Positions 27,571 through 36,546 of a stretch of DNA of 64,000 nucleotides are shown here, in pieces. The stretch is from an uncultured Gemmatimonadales bacterium. Lineage in GTDB: Bacteria > Gemmatimonadota > Gemmatimonadetes > Gemmatimonadales > GWC2-71-9. The position numbers were made by a program, and so were the translations under genes. The stretch lies in contig CAWFGG010000001.1 of NCBI GenBank assembly GCA_963815325.1, positions 304,130 to 368,129 of the forward strand. Reading direction: 5' to 3'. Below the pieces are notes generated by a model. It was not told the origin of the DNA and searched no databases. It was given only the letters and a program-made list of their open reading frames with translations. Numbering within the stretch: the stretch's first letter is position 1; every line of letters starts with the position of its first letter.

Positions 27571-28847
27571 TAGTCCTTCCCGGTGAAGAGGCGCCGGCCG
27601 AGAATCGCTTCCAGTCCCGCCAGTGCCAATCGTGTTGCCGTGCGGGACTGTACCAGCCCCGCCTGGGCGTCGCTCAAGTTGACCTGCGCTTCGAGGAGAT
27701 CGAGAATGTCGGTTGCGCCGCTCCGATAGCGTGCCTGCTGAACACGATAATTCTCTTCGGCAACGACAACGGCCTGCGCGGCGAGGTCGGTCGCCGCCCG
27801 CGACGTCAGGTACTGGTCATAGGCCTGGGTTACGTCGGGTCGGGCCGAGCGTTCCAGGTCCTCACGAATGGCACGGGCGACGTCGCGGTTGACGCGTGCC
27901 TGCGTAATACCGATCTCGCGTCTTCCTCCGTCCCAGATCGGCAGGCTCACCCCGATCGAGAGGGTCGAGCGCTTGGTTGCGTTCGGGAAGACTTTCACGT
28001 CGAAGGCGGAGGTGTTCGCAGTCAGCCCGATTTGCGGCAACCATGCCGAACGTTGGGCCCAGAGCTGTGCTCCGGCACGCTGCTCACTCGCCCGGGCAAC
28101 CCGATAGCTCGGACCCTGTTCCAGGGCTTCGGCGACGGCCTCTTCGAGGGTCAGCGGGAGATCGGGCGCGGGCCCGGACGGCAGTGGCGCGGCATCCACC
28201 GGCCCTGCCGCCCCAATCAGGCTGCCCAGGGTCAGTCGCGACACACGGAGCCGGCTTTCCTCGCGCAGCAGGTTGACGCGAGCCCGGGTGAGTTCCAGCA
28301 AGAGCCGGAGCGAATCGGTCTGGACGGCCGCCCCGGACAATACCCGGGCCCGCGCAACGACCAACTGTTCCTCGGCGCGGGCCACCCGTTGCCGAGCGAC
28401 TTCGGTGAGCTCCCTGTTCGAGACCAGATCATAGTAGGCCGACTCGGTGAGGAGCGCAGCCGCGAAGCGCGCCTCCAGTTCCCCCGCTCGAGCGCCGGTC
28501 AGCTGGGCCTTGGCGGCCGCGAGATCGGCAAATTTCCGTCCGCCCGCAAAGAGTTCGTATTGGCCGGTCAACTGGGCAAAGGCAAACGTCTTCGATGCCG
28601 CGCCCGTCCCGATATTGAAACTCGGCGAGGAGGAGACCTGGTAGCTCCCCTGCACCGTGATCGAAGGAAGGATGAAGGCCAGGTAGGCTGCGCGCCGACC
28701 CCACGCCGCGTTATCGATCTGTCCGAGGGCCGCAACGTAGTTGGGATCGAGCTGGGTCGCGCGTTCCAAGGCTTCGGCAAGGGTGACGCGAGGCATGGTA
28801 TCCGTCGCGGCAACCTGCACCGCCAGGAACAATCCGAGCAGCATCAT
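27570..28847 (-). CDS. TolC-family outer membrane efflux protein
   Basis: Two-repeat OEP pattern (LTLAEALERATQLDPNY...; LTLEEAVAEALEQGPSYRVA...), 425 aa. It overlaps the RND stop by 4 nt. Confidence 0.88.
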   Translation of the reverse strand: MMLLGLFLAVQVAATDTMPRVTLAEALERATQLDPNYVAALGQIDNAAWGRRAAYLAFILPSITVQGSYQVSSSPSFNIGTGAASKTFAFAQLTGQYELFAGGRKFADLAAAKAQLTGARAGELEARFAAALLTESAYYDLVSNRELTEVARQRVARAEEQLVVARARVLSGAAVQTDSLRLLLELTRARVNLLREESRLRVSRLTLGSLIGAAGPVDAAPLPSGPAPDLPLTLEEAVAEALEQGPSYRVARASEQRAGAQLWAQRSAWLPQIGLTANTSAFDVKVFPNATKRSTLSIGVSLPIWDGGRREIGITQARVNRDVARAIREDLERSARPDVTQAYDQYLTSRAATDLAAQAVVVAEENYRVQQARYRSGATDILDLLEAQVNLSDAQAGLVQSRTATRLALAGLEAILGRRLFTGKD

Positions 28848-31800
28848 GCTTCAACCGTGGCGCGCGGGATTCGGCCTCGCCACCCTCCGACAGCCAGCCG
28901 GATCTGGAGCGCATCCAACAGGACGTAGACCACCGGCACCAGGAAGAGCGTCAGGACCGTCGAGACCATGATGCCCCCGACGATGACCAGGCCGAGTGGA
29001 ATCCTGCTCTCGGAGCCGGCGCTGAGCCCCAACGCGATTGGCATGGCCCCTGCTACTGTTGATGTAGCCGTCATCAGGATCGGCCGGAGACGGATGCGAC
29101 CCGCCTCGAGCACGGCATCGATGGTGTCCAGTCCTTTGGCCTTCAATTGATTGGCATATTCCACCAACAGGATCGAGTTCTTCGACGCCAACCCGATCAG
29201 GAGGATCATCCCGATTTGGCTGTAGAGATTGAGCGTGGACTGCATGATGAAGAGCGTCACCAGCGCACCGCTTACTGCTAATGGCACCGCGAGGAGTACG
29301 GTGAACGGGTGCACCAGCGACTCGAATTGGGCGGCCAGGACCATGTAGACCACGATGAGTGCCAGCACAAACGCGAAATACAACGCCGTTCCGCTGTCTT
29401 CCAGCTCTCGGGATTCCCCGGCGAGTGCGGTGGAGCTACCGGGTGGTAGCACTTCAGCCGCGGCTGCACGGAGGGAATCAATCGCCGAGCCAAGCACCAG
29501 GCCGGGCGCAAGGCTCGCGTCGAGCGTGTACGAGCGCACCCGATTGTAGTGCAGCAGCGCCGACGGACCGATATTCTCGGTCACGGTGGCGACTTGATCG
29601 AGATTGATCAACCCGCCGTCGCGCCCGCGGACATAGAGGCCGCTCATGTCGCTCGGCGTGGCTCGCTCCTCCGGGCGCATCTGTACCACGACATCGTAGA
29701 GCTTGTTGTCGCGGGTAAACGTGCTGACCCGCCGACCCCCGAGCATGGTTTCGAGCGTCGCCCCGATAGACTCCACCGAGACGCCGAGATCTTCGGCCCG
29801 ATCGCGTTGGTAGCTGACGGTGAGTTCCGGTTTGTTCACCTTGAGGTCGATGTCGAGGTTGATCAATCCGGGAATCTGGGCTGCCCGCGCCTGGAAGCGG
29901 TCCATGCCGGCCACCAACGAATCGAAGTTCGGGTGTTGCACCACGAACTGCACCGGCTTCCCGAAGCCTCCGATGGGCGAGGGGGCGAAGGCAAATGCCT
30001 GAACCCCCGGGATCCCGAAATATTGAGGGAAGAGCTCTCCGATCACGTCCTGGGTGGAGCGACTGCGCTCCGACCAGTCGGTGAGCTGTGCGAAGACAAT
30101 GCCTTGGTTGACCGGAACGAAGCCGCCCACGATGCTGAAGTACGACTCGACGTCGGCGGTCCTGGCCAGAATCGCCTCGACCTGTCGTTGGTATTGATCT
30201 GTGAACTCGACCGTGGACCCTTCCGGCGCCTGAATGGCGCTGAGGAACCACCCACGATCCTCGTCCGGGACGAACTCCCGTTCGAGCGCCTGGAAGGTGA
30301 CCACCGCCACCACGAGAGCGCCGACGGCACCACCAAGGACGACGCCGCGATGCCGCACTGCCCAGGTGAGCGCCTTGGCGTAGCCCGTCGCCAGCCCTAC
30401 AAACCCGCGCTCGAACGCCTGAAACACCGGCCCGTGCGACTTGGGGACCCGCAAGATTTTGGCGCACAGCATGGGTGTCAGGCTGAGCGCGACGAAGCTC
30501 GACACGATCACCGCACCAGCCAACGCCACGCCGAACTCGTTGAACAGCCGACCGGTCGTGCCCTGGAGGAAGGCCAACGGCGAGAACACCGCCACGAGCG
30601 CGACCGTGGTGGCAATCACGGCGAATGCGATTTCCCGCGTGCCGTCGCGTGCGGCGATTGCCGGGTCTTCGACCAGCTCTTCCTGGTGGCGGTAGGCGTT
30701 CTCGAGCACAACGATGGCGTCATCCACCACGAGGCCGATCGCGAGAATCAGCGCCAGTAAGGTAAAGGTATTGATCGAGAATCCGAGGAAGAACATGACC
30801 GCGAAGGCCGCAATGATCGACACGGGAATCGCGAGACCCGGAATCAGCGTGGCGCGGACATTGCGCAGTGCCAGGAAGATGATGACGACGACCAGAAACG
30901 CCGCGAGCCCGAGCGTCAGCAGCGTCTCGCGGATGGATCGCTTGACATAAATCGAGGAATCGAACGCCGCTTCGATCTCGACACCGGGCGGAAGTGCTGC
31001 CTGCACCTCGGGCAGGCCCGCACGAATGTTCTCGGCCACGTCGAGCAGATTCGCCTTGGACTGACGGACCACGCCGATACCGATAGCGGAAACGCCCTTG
31101 TATCGCAGGGTACTCCGCTCCTCTCGGGCGGCCAGCTCGACTTTCGCCAGATCGATCAGCTTCACCAACTGGCCGCCCTGGTTGGCCACCGTGATGTTGC
31201 CGAACTGTTCGGGCGTCTTGAGTTCGCCCAAGGAGCGAACGGTGAACTCCCGAGTCTCGGATTCGATTCTGCCGGCCGGGATTTCCACGTTCCGGGTCCG
31301 GATGGCGTTCTCGACGTCTTGGACCGTCAGCCCGCGCGCCGCGAGCTCCTTCGGCGAGAGCCAGATTCGCATGGAGTATTGCCGCTGCCCGGCAATGAAG
31401 ACCCGCCCGACCCCGGTAATGGTTTGCAGTCGGGTCTTCACGATCCGGTCTGCGATGTCGGAGAGCTGCATGCGGGTGTAGTTGGCCCCAGAAAGCGCTA
31501 TCCAATAGAAGGGCTGCGCGTCGGCGTCCTGCTTGGCCACCACGGGCTCGCCGACCTCTCGGGGCAGCCGGCCCCGCACCCGGGAGACCTTGTCGCGCAC
31601 GTCCTGCGCGGCGCTCTCGATGTCCCGACCCAGGTTGAATTCGAGGGTGATGTTGCTGCTTTGCTCCGCGCTCGAGCTGGTGAGGGTACGAAGGCCCTCA
31701 ACGGTGCTCAATTCCTCTTCGAGAATGTCCGTCACGGCCGATTCGACCACCCGTGGATTGGCACCGGGCAAGAAGGTCGACACCGAGATGATGGGCGGGT

Positions 31801-31921
31801 CGATATCGGGAAACTCCCGTACCTGAAGTCGGGTGTACCCAATGACGCCAAAAAGCACGAGTGCCGCGCTCATCATCGTAGCCAGCACGGGGCGCTCGAT
31901 CGACGTATCGGACAGTTTCAT
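28844..31921 (-). CDS. RND efflux permease (AcrB/HAE-type), intact
   Basis: 1025 aa, with MKLSDTSIERPVLATMMSAALVLFG, GLVVDDAIVVLENAYRH, and a duplicated 6-TM plus large-loop topology. Confidence 0.93.
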   Translation of the reverse strand: MKLSDTSIERPVLATMMSAALVLFGVIGYTRLQVREFPDIDPPIISVSTFLPGANPRVVESAVTDILEEELSTVEGLRTLTSSSAEQSSNITLEFNLGRDIESAAQDVRDKVSRVRGRLPREVGEPVVAKQDADAQPFYWIALSGANYTRMQLSDIADRIVKTRLQTITGVGRVFIAGQRQYSMRIWLSPKELAARGLTVQDVENAIRTRNVEIPAGRIESETREFTVRSLGELKTPEQFGNITVANQGGQLVKLIDLAKVELAAREERSTLRYKGVSAIGIGVVRQSKANLLDVAENIRAGLPEVQAALPPGVEIEAAFDSSIYVKRSIRETLLTLGLAAFLVVVIIFLALRNVRATLIPGLAIPVSIIAAFAVMFFLGFSINTFTLLALILAIGLVVDDAIVVLENAYRHQEELVEDPAIAARDGTREIAFAVIATTVALVAVFSPLAFLQGTTGRLFNEFGVALAGAVIVSSFVALSLTPMLCAKILRVPKSHGPVFQAFERGFVGLATGYAKALTWAVRHRGVVLGGAVGALVVAVVTFQALEREFVPDEDRGWFLSAIQAPEGSTVEFTDQYQRQVEAILARTADVESYFSIVGGFVPVNQGIVFAQLTDWSERSRSTQDVIGELFPQYFGIPGVQAFAFAPSPIGGFGKPVQFVVQHPNFDSLVAGMDRFQARAAQIPGLINLDIDLKVNKPELTVSYQRDRAEDLGVSVESIGATLETMLGGRRVSTFTRDNKLYDVVVQMRPEERATPSDMSGLYVRGRDGGLINLDQVATVTENIGPSALLHYNRVRSYTLDASLAPGLVLGSAIDSLRAAAAEVLPPGSSTALAGESRELEDSGTALYFAFVLALIVVYMVLAAQFESLVHPFTVLLAVPLAVSGALVTLFIMQSTLNLYSQIGMILLIGLASKNSILLVEYANQLKAKGLDTIDAVLEAGRIRLRPILMTATSTVAGAMPIALGLSAGSESRIPLGLVIVGGIMVSTVLTLFLVPVVYVLLDALQIRLAVGGWRGRIPRATVEA

Positions 31922-32142
31922 GCGTCCTCGACTTGATTGGACTGCGCGGGCCGCCGCCTCAGAGCTAGGATTGACGTCCCCCTACGAGCACCCGACCCCA
32001 TTGGTTACTGCCCCGGACGGCAGGGATGGGCAGACCATGGGGCGTCGGGGGTCGTCCTCGCGCGGCTATCGGGGCAGGGAATTGCTGGGGAAGAACGCGG
32101 CCTGCTGAGTCCTCGTCAAAAGAATGCTGGAGAGTCGTCGGG

Positions 32143-32304
32143 TTAAGATGACTCGCTGCCCAGTCGGGCGTCCACGAGCGGTCCGGCGAACAGGAGGATC
32201 ATCGCGTTCACGAGGAGCCCGATCAAACCAGTCACGAATGCCAGCGCAGCGAGCATCAGGCCGGCGCCAATTGTGGCCAGGACTATCACGAGGACGTCGA
32301 ACAT
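32143..32304 (-). CDS. Small two-helix membrane protein (53 aa), not in the ORF track
   Basis: The reverse-strand ATG at 32302-32304 is preceded by AGGAGCGGCACG. The translation is MFDVLVIVLATIGAGLMLAALAFVTGLIGLLVNAMILLFAGPLVDARLGSESS, with TAA at 32143-32145. The + strand ORF 32124..32318 is its Arg-rich shadow. Confidence 0.5.
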   Translation of the reverse strand: MFDVLVIVLATIGAGLMLAALAFVTGLIGLLVNAMILLFAGPLVDARLGSESS

Positions 32305-32371
32305 CGTGCCGCTCCTGAAATCAGACTCTGAAGGACACGTAGGTTACATCCCTGGTCGGCATCCTCGCAAC

Positions 32372-33838
32372 TCAGCCGTCCTCGCCTCGGGATGACCCCG
32401 GACCCCGTGCGGCAAGCGCCTGCCGCGCAGCCGCCGCCACCTCCCCCTCTGCCTGCCGGCCGACGCTCTCGAGGGCACCCCGGGCGGCGGCTGATCCACA
32501 GTCGGCGAGGACACTGACCGCCTCCAATCGCTGGGCCCGGCTGTACCCCCGTTTCAGAATTCCCTTCTTCTCGAGCGCGACCGTGGCAAGGGCGGTTACG
32601 GCCTCCCGGCTTCCGAGCCGGCCGAGGGCACGGGCCATCATTACCCAGGCAGTCTCATCCCGCTCTCCTTCGAGCGCCACCATGAGGGGCATCCCAAGGC
32701 CGGACCGCTCGGAGGCCGCAATCGCGAGCGCCGCATGCCCCCGGGTGTCAGGTGATGCATGCTGTAGCCCTTGCCGGAGCGCCTCCACTGCCCGGGCGTT
32801 CGCAAACGCCGCCAGCGCGTGGAGCCCCGCAGCTCGGATGTCCGGACTTGGATCGTCGAGCAGGGCAAGCAAGGAGGGGAGAGCCTCGGAGTCCGCGAGG
32901 CGCGCCAGCAGTTCAGCGCCGAGCCGTACAACGGAGGCCTTCTCATGATTGAGCAGAGGAAGTACCTGCCTGAGCGCTCCCGGGGTTCCGACGATGGCAT
33001 CGTGGAGAAAGGCCCTTGCTTCGACCGATTCGGTCTGCTGAATGGATTCGATCATCGCTTCGAGGGCATCGCGGCCGCCCCATGGCAGGATGTCTGCAAC
33101 GCGTTGTTGCTCCTCGGGAGCCCGGATCGCAAAGGATATAAAGGAATCGAGTGTCGGCTTGGGGAGGAGGCGCTTCACCTGGATGGCGAAGCTGCGCGAC
33201 TCGGGTTCCGGAATGCGCGGCGCCATCTGGATAAGGGCCTGGGCGGCATGAATCGCCTCCATCCAGGACGATTGCGCGCAGGCCGCGGTCAGGGCAGCCG
33301 TCACTTCCGCCATCTTGGCGGAGAGGCCTTCCGCCAAGCGAGGGCGGCGCGGCTGGTCGTCCTCCACTAGTGGCAGGAACTGAAAGCCGGGCTCCTCGAC
33401 GAGCGGCGGGTCCGGCGCCTTGGCGACCGCCCTCGGAGTGATCGCCTCCGCGGCACCAGGGCGGATGGATTGCACCAGCTCAACGCGGACGGCCTCGGTG
33501 CTGGGAATCGGGCCGTCTTCTTGGGCAAGGGCCTGGGCCAGCGCGAGTAGCTCCTCCGCCGGCGCCCCATGAGCCACCCGAATTACGTCGACCTGTCGGG
33601 CATGCATCCTCCCTCTGAGGCTCGTGTCATTGAGCATGCCGGCGAGTTGGATCCCGGCCTCTTCCACCACCGGCTCTCGCGCAACGAGGGCAGTGACTTC
33701 GGTCACGAGCTTCCGAACGGATGCTTGGTCCCCGCGCGTGGCGCGCAGCTGTTGCACCAGGCGTCCGAGGGCGTCGCTGAATGGGGTGCTGCCCGCCACA
33801 ACCGACTCCTTCCGGTTCGATTCCCCGAACGTTGTCAT
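32372..33838 (-). CDS. HEAT-repeat (PBS-lyase HEAT-like) protein
   Basis: The C-terminal half has repeated A-rich helical hairpins (LLDDPSPDIRAAGLHALAAFANARAVEAL; HASPDTRGHAALAIAA; ...RGALESVGR). 488 aa, no enzymatic motif seen. Confidence 0.6.
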   Translation of the reverse strand: MTTFGESNRKESVVAGSTPFSDALGRLVQQLRATRGDQASVRKLVTEVTALVAREPVVEEAGIQLAGMLNDTSLRGRMHARQVDVIRVAHGAPAEELLALAQALAQEDGPIPSTEAVRVELVQSIRPGAAEAITPRAVAKAPDPPLVEEPGFQFLPLVEDDQPRRPRLAEGLSAKMAEVTAALTAACAQSSWMEAIHAAQALIQMAPRIPEPESRSFAIQVKRLLPKPTLDSFISFAIRAPEEQQRVADILPWGGRDALEAMIESIQQTESVEARAFLHDAIVGTPGALRQVLPLLNHEKASVVRLGAELLARLADSEALPSLLALLDDPSPDIRAAGLHALAAFANARAVEALRQGLQHASPDTRGHAALAIAASERSGLGMPLMVALEGERDETAWVMMARALGRLGSREAVTALATVALEKKGILKRGYSRAQRLEAVSVLADCGSAAARGALESVGRQAEGEVAAAARQALAARGPGSSRGEDG

Positions 33839-34329
33839 CCGGCACGACGAATGGGAAGGAGTGCGGCTCTCGGAACGACGCGGACCAGTACCTGGAGTGG
33901 CTCCCAGACACGCGCGCCCCCGCGAGATTGCTCGCGGGGGCGCGTGGACCTACTCGTCGGCGAGGTTAGGAAACCTTGACCGGGATCGACTGTCCTCGGC
34001 AACGAGAACACTCGCTCGAACGAGCCGTACGAGCGCTCATACCGATGCACTCGCTCCGTCTTCTCCTCGGCTACCTGCCGCTTCTCGCCCCGGATGGTAA
34101 GCGTGTTGTTCTCCAGGGACAGCTTCACATCCTCCGGCCGAACGCCGGGTATCTCCGCGATGATCTTGATCGTGTCCGAATCCCCGAACACGTCGCACGG
34201 CGGGACCCACTGAGACGTAATGGTCCCCTCACCGCCTTCGCTCTGCCAGGTTCCGAAGGCGTCATCGAACATCCGATTGATCCGATTGAGCAGAATCGCC
34301 TCCGGTCGCCTCGTAATGGTGAGTGCCAT
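33835..34329 (-). CDS. Hsp20/alpha-crystallin family small heat-shock protein with an aberrant (probably frame-disrupted) C-terminus
   Basis: GGAGGA Shine-Dalgarno, then MALTITRRP...WVPPCDVFGDSDTIKIIAEIPGVRPEDVKLSLENNTLTIRGEKRQ...ERSYGSFERVFSLPRTVDP is canonical. Downstream of 33982 the in-frame sequence (GQGFLTSPTSRSTRP...) loses all similarity. Confidence 0.75.
   Translation of the reverse strand: MALTITRRPEAILLNRINRMFDDAFGTWQSEGGEGTITSQWVPPCDVFGDSDTIKIIAEIPGVRPEDVKLSLENNTLTIRGEKRQVAEEKTERVHRYERSYGSFERVFSLPRTVDPGQGFLTSPTSRSTRPREQSRGGARVWEPLQVLVRVVPRAALLPIRRAG
33913..33944 (-). terminator. Strong GC hairpin downstream of the Hsp20 alpha-crystallin domain
   Basis: A perfect 14-bp stem (33913-33926 with 33931-33944, CGCGCCCCCGCGAG/CTCGCGGGGGCGCG) and a 4-nt loop. 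There is no U-tract. It lies inside the in-frame extension of the Hsp20 ORF. Confidence 0.5.
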
Positions 34330-34579
34330 GGTACATCCTCCAGGTGTCTGTCTGACTTGGTTCGTTTCGTCCCCGCCACGCCGAGTCAGCCGTCGATGGC
34401 AGGACCACCCACGCTCATTGCAGCCGCCATGCCAGGGCCAACGGGCAAGAATCGGCCAAAATGACAATTCTTCTGAGATGGGGTTGGTCCCTGGCAGTCC
34501 GATGGACTGCCAGTTTGTGCCACCGGGAGCGAGAGTGGAGTGGGGGCACCCTCTTGGTGGTGGGGGCTGTCGTGGGGCC

Positions 34580-36016
34580 TCAGGCAACCCCGTCCGATAC
34601 CACGGGAAGTCCTGCCTCGTCCCAGGCCACGATTCCCCCAGTCAGGTTTGAGACGTCCCGCCGGCCAGCCGTGCGCAGTAGGCTCGCAGCAATCGTGGAG
34701 CGTCCACCGGTCCGGCATTGAAGGACCAGCGGCCGGTCGGACGGGAGTTCCTCGAGCCGGTCCCGGAGATAGCCGAGGTGGATATGGGTCGCGCCCGGCA
34801 GATGGCCGGCCTTCCATTCTGCGGCGGCGCGGACGTCGATCACGGCCACGTCCCCGGTCTCCATGCGACGGGCAAGCTCCCGGCTGTCGATCTGGTCGAT
34901 CCGGTCTAGTTCGACGCCGCTCGCTTCGGCGCTGATGATGGCTGAGGCCCCGGCATATCCGGCGATGCGCTCGAGTCCGATCAAGGCCAGATCGCGCACA
35001 GTGTCATCGAGGGCGTGCTCGTGCGTGTCGGGAACGATCAGGTAGAACTCGCGGTCATAGGGTACCAGCCACCCGGCCCAGGTTGGAAAGGAACGGCCGA
35101 ACGGGATGTTGATGGTGCCGGAATGGTGGCCCTCGCTGAATTCCTGTTTCGAGCGGGCGTCGATGACCACTGCCCCGTCACGGATGAGGTCGACAATCCG
35201 GGCGTCATCGAGTCGTGGCGGGCGCTTGAAGCCGTCGAGGATCGCCGGCCCCTCCCGGTTCACTCGCTTCATTTGCCCGAAGTACTTGGGAGGCTCCGGC
35301 TGGTCGGCCAGCACCAAGGCCATAAAGTCGTCTTCTTCGGTCGAACCGAAGGCCCAATTGAACAGGCGTTCATAGCCGACCGTCGACTGTGGCACCGCAC
35401 TCATCCCCTTGCCGCAGGCCGACCCGGCTCCGTGTGCCGGCCACACTTGAAGATGGTCTGGGAGGTCCTTGAACGCGCGGAGGCTTTGGAAGAGCGCCCT
35501 GGCCGCTCCCTCGCTTGCACCCGTCACATGCGCAGCCCGTTCCAATAGGTCCGGTCGTCCCACGTCTCCCACGAACACGAAATCGCCGGTGAGGACGCCC
35601 ATGGGGCCCGACGCTCCAGCCGTATCCGTGACCACGAAACAGATGTGTTCCGGAGTGTGTCCCGGCGTGTGCATCACATCGAACCGGATGTTGCCGACCA
35701 TGAAGTGGTCGTCGTGGCGGAGCAGCGTCGCGCCCGCGCCCGCGGCAAAGGCGTACTGCCAGTCCTCACCGCCCTCGGCCGACAGCAGGAGCTGGGCGCC
35801 GACTCGGTGGGCGAGTTCCCGAGCGCCTGAGACAAAGTCGGCGTGGATATGGGTCTCGGTCACCGCGCTCACGCGAAGGTCCTCCGCTTCCGCGGCCCGT
35901 AGGTACTGATCGATGTCCCGGTTCGGGTCGACGACGAGTGCCTCCCCCGTCGCGGCGCAGCCGATGAGGTAACTCGCCTGTGCCAACTTGTCGTCGTAAA
36001 GGCGCTGGAAGATCAT
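34580..36016 (-). CDS. MBL-fold hydrolase fused to two rhodanese domains (persulfide dioxygenase-sulfurtransferase, Blh/CstB-like)
   Basis: MIFQRLYDDKLAQASYLIGC...VTETHIHADFVSGARELA (HxHxDH metallo-beta-lactamase motif). Two rhodanese-like modules follow, the last with the active-site loop LQCRTGGRS. Confidence 0.85.
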   Translation of the reverse strand: MIFQRLYDDKLAQASYLIGCAATGEALVVDPNRDIDQYLRAAEAEDLRVSAVTETHIHADFVSGARELAHRVGAQLLLSAEGGEDWQYAFAAGAGATLLRHDDHFMVGNIRFDVMHTPGHTPEHICFVVTDTAGASGPMGVLTGDFVFVGDVGRPDLLERAAHVTGASEGAARALFQSLRAFKDLPDHLQVWPAHGAGSACGKGMSAVPQSTVGYERLFNWAFGSTEEDDFMALVLADQPEPPKYFGQMKRVNREGPAILDGFKRPPRLDDARIVDLIRDGAVVIDARSKQEFSEGHHSGTINIPFGRSFPTWAGWLVPYDREFYLIVPDTHEHALDDTVRDLALIGLERIAGYAGASAIISAEASGVELDRIDQIDSRELARRMETGDVAVIDVRAAAEWKAGHLPGATHIHLGYLRDRLEELPSDRPLVLQCRTGGRSTIAASLLRTAGRRDVSNLTGGIVAWDEAGLPVVSDGVA

Positions 36017-36137
36017 GAGTGGACAGTGAGTGGTGAGTGGTACGTAGTACGCAGTGCCCCGGGATGCAGAACGCGGATTTCGACCGAACCCAAAGGTACA
36101 TCTCCGGTCAACGTCCACCATTCACTCCCGGGGACAC

Positions 36138-36160
36138 CTTCACTATATTGCTATATGGTT
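36138..36160. promoter_or_regulatory. AT-rich operator/promoter-like element overlapping the arsR-family start codon
   Basis: CTTCACTATATTGCTATATGGTT contains the near-palindrome ATATTGCTATAT and a TATATT -10-like hexamer at 36144-36149. The ATG lies at 36155 with no Shine-Dalgarno sequence. It sits in the 138-nt divergent intergenic region. Confidence 0.45.
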
Positions 36161-36514
36161 GTAGAGCGAAAGAGCCTTCGATCGGGCGTCCAGTTCACCG
36201 AGGACACCGCCGACCTGGTCGCCGAGCGGTTCAGCGCGCTCGGCGAGCCCATGCGGCTGCGTCTCTTGAATGCCTTGCGGCCCGGGGCTCGGTCGGTGGG
36301 CGAGCTCGTGACCCTCATCGGCACGAGCCAAGCCAACGTCTCAAAGCACCTTCAGGTGCTCTACAAGCAGGGATTCGTCGACCGGCGAAAGGATGGGACG
36401 ACCATCTTCTACCGGATTGCCGACCCCATGGTCTTCGAGATGTGCAACCTGGTGTGTGACGGGATCCAACAGGATCTCGACCAGCGGCGCGCCCGATTAC
36501 GGCCGAACGACTAA
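36155..36514 (+). CDS. ArsR/SmtB-family transcriptional regulator
   Basis: LVAERFSALGEPMRLRLLNALRPGARSVGELVTLIGTSQANVSKHLQVLYKQGFVDRRKDGTTIFYRI is the ArsR wHTH. The only cysteines are in the C-terminal FEMCNLVCDG. Confidence 0.88.
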   Translation: MVVERKSLRSGVQFTEDTADLVAERFSALGEPMRLRLLNALRPGARSVGELVTLIGTSQANVSKHLQVLYKQGFVDRRKDGTTIFYRIADPMVFEMCNLVCDGIQQDLDQRRARLRPND

Positions 36515-36546
36515 CCGCCGGCGTTCGGGCCGCCCCACGCTGCCCC

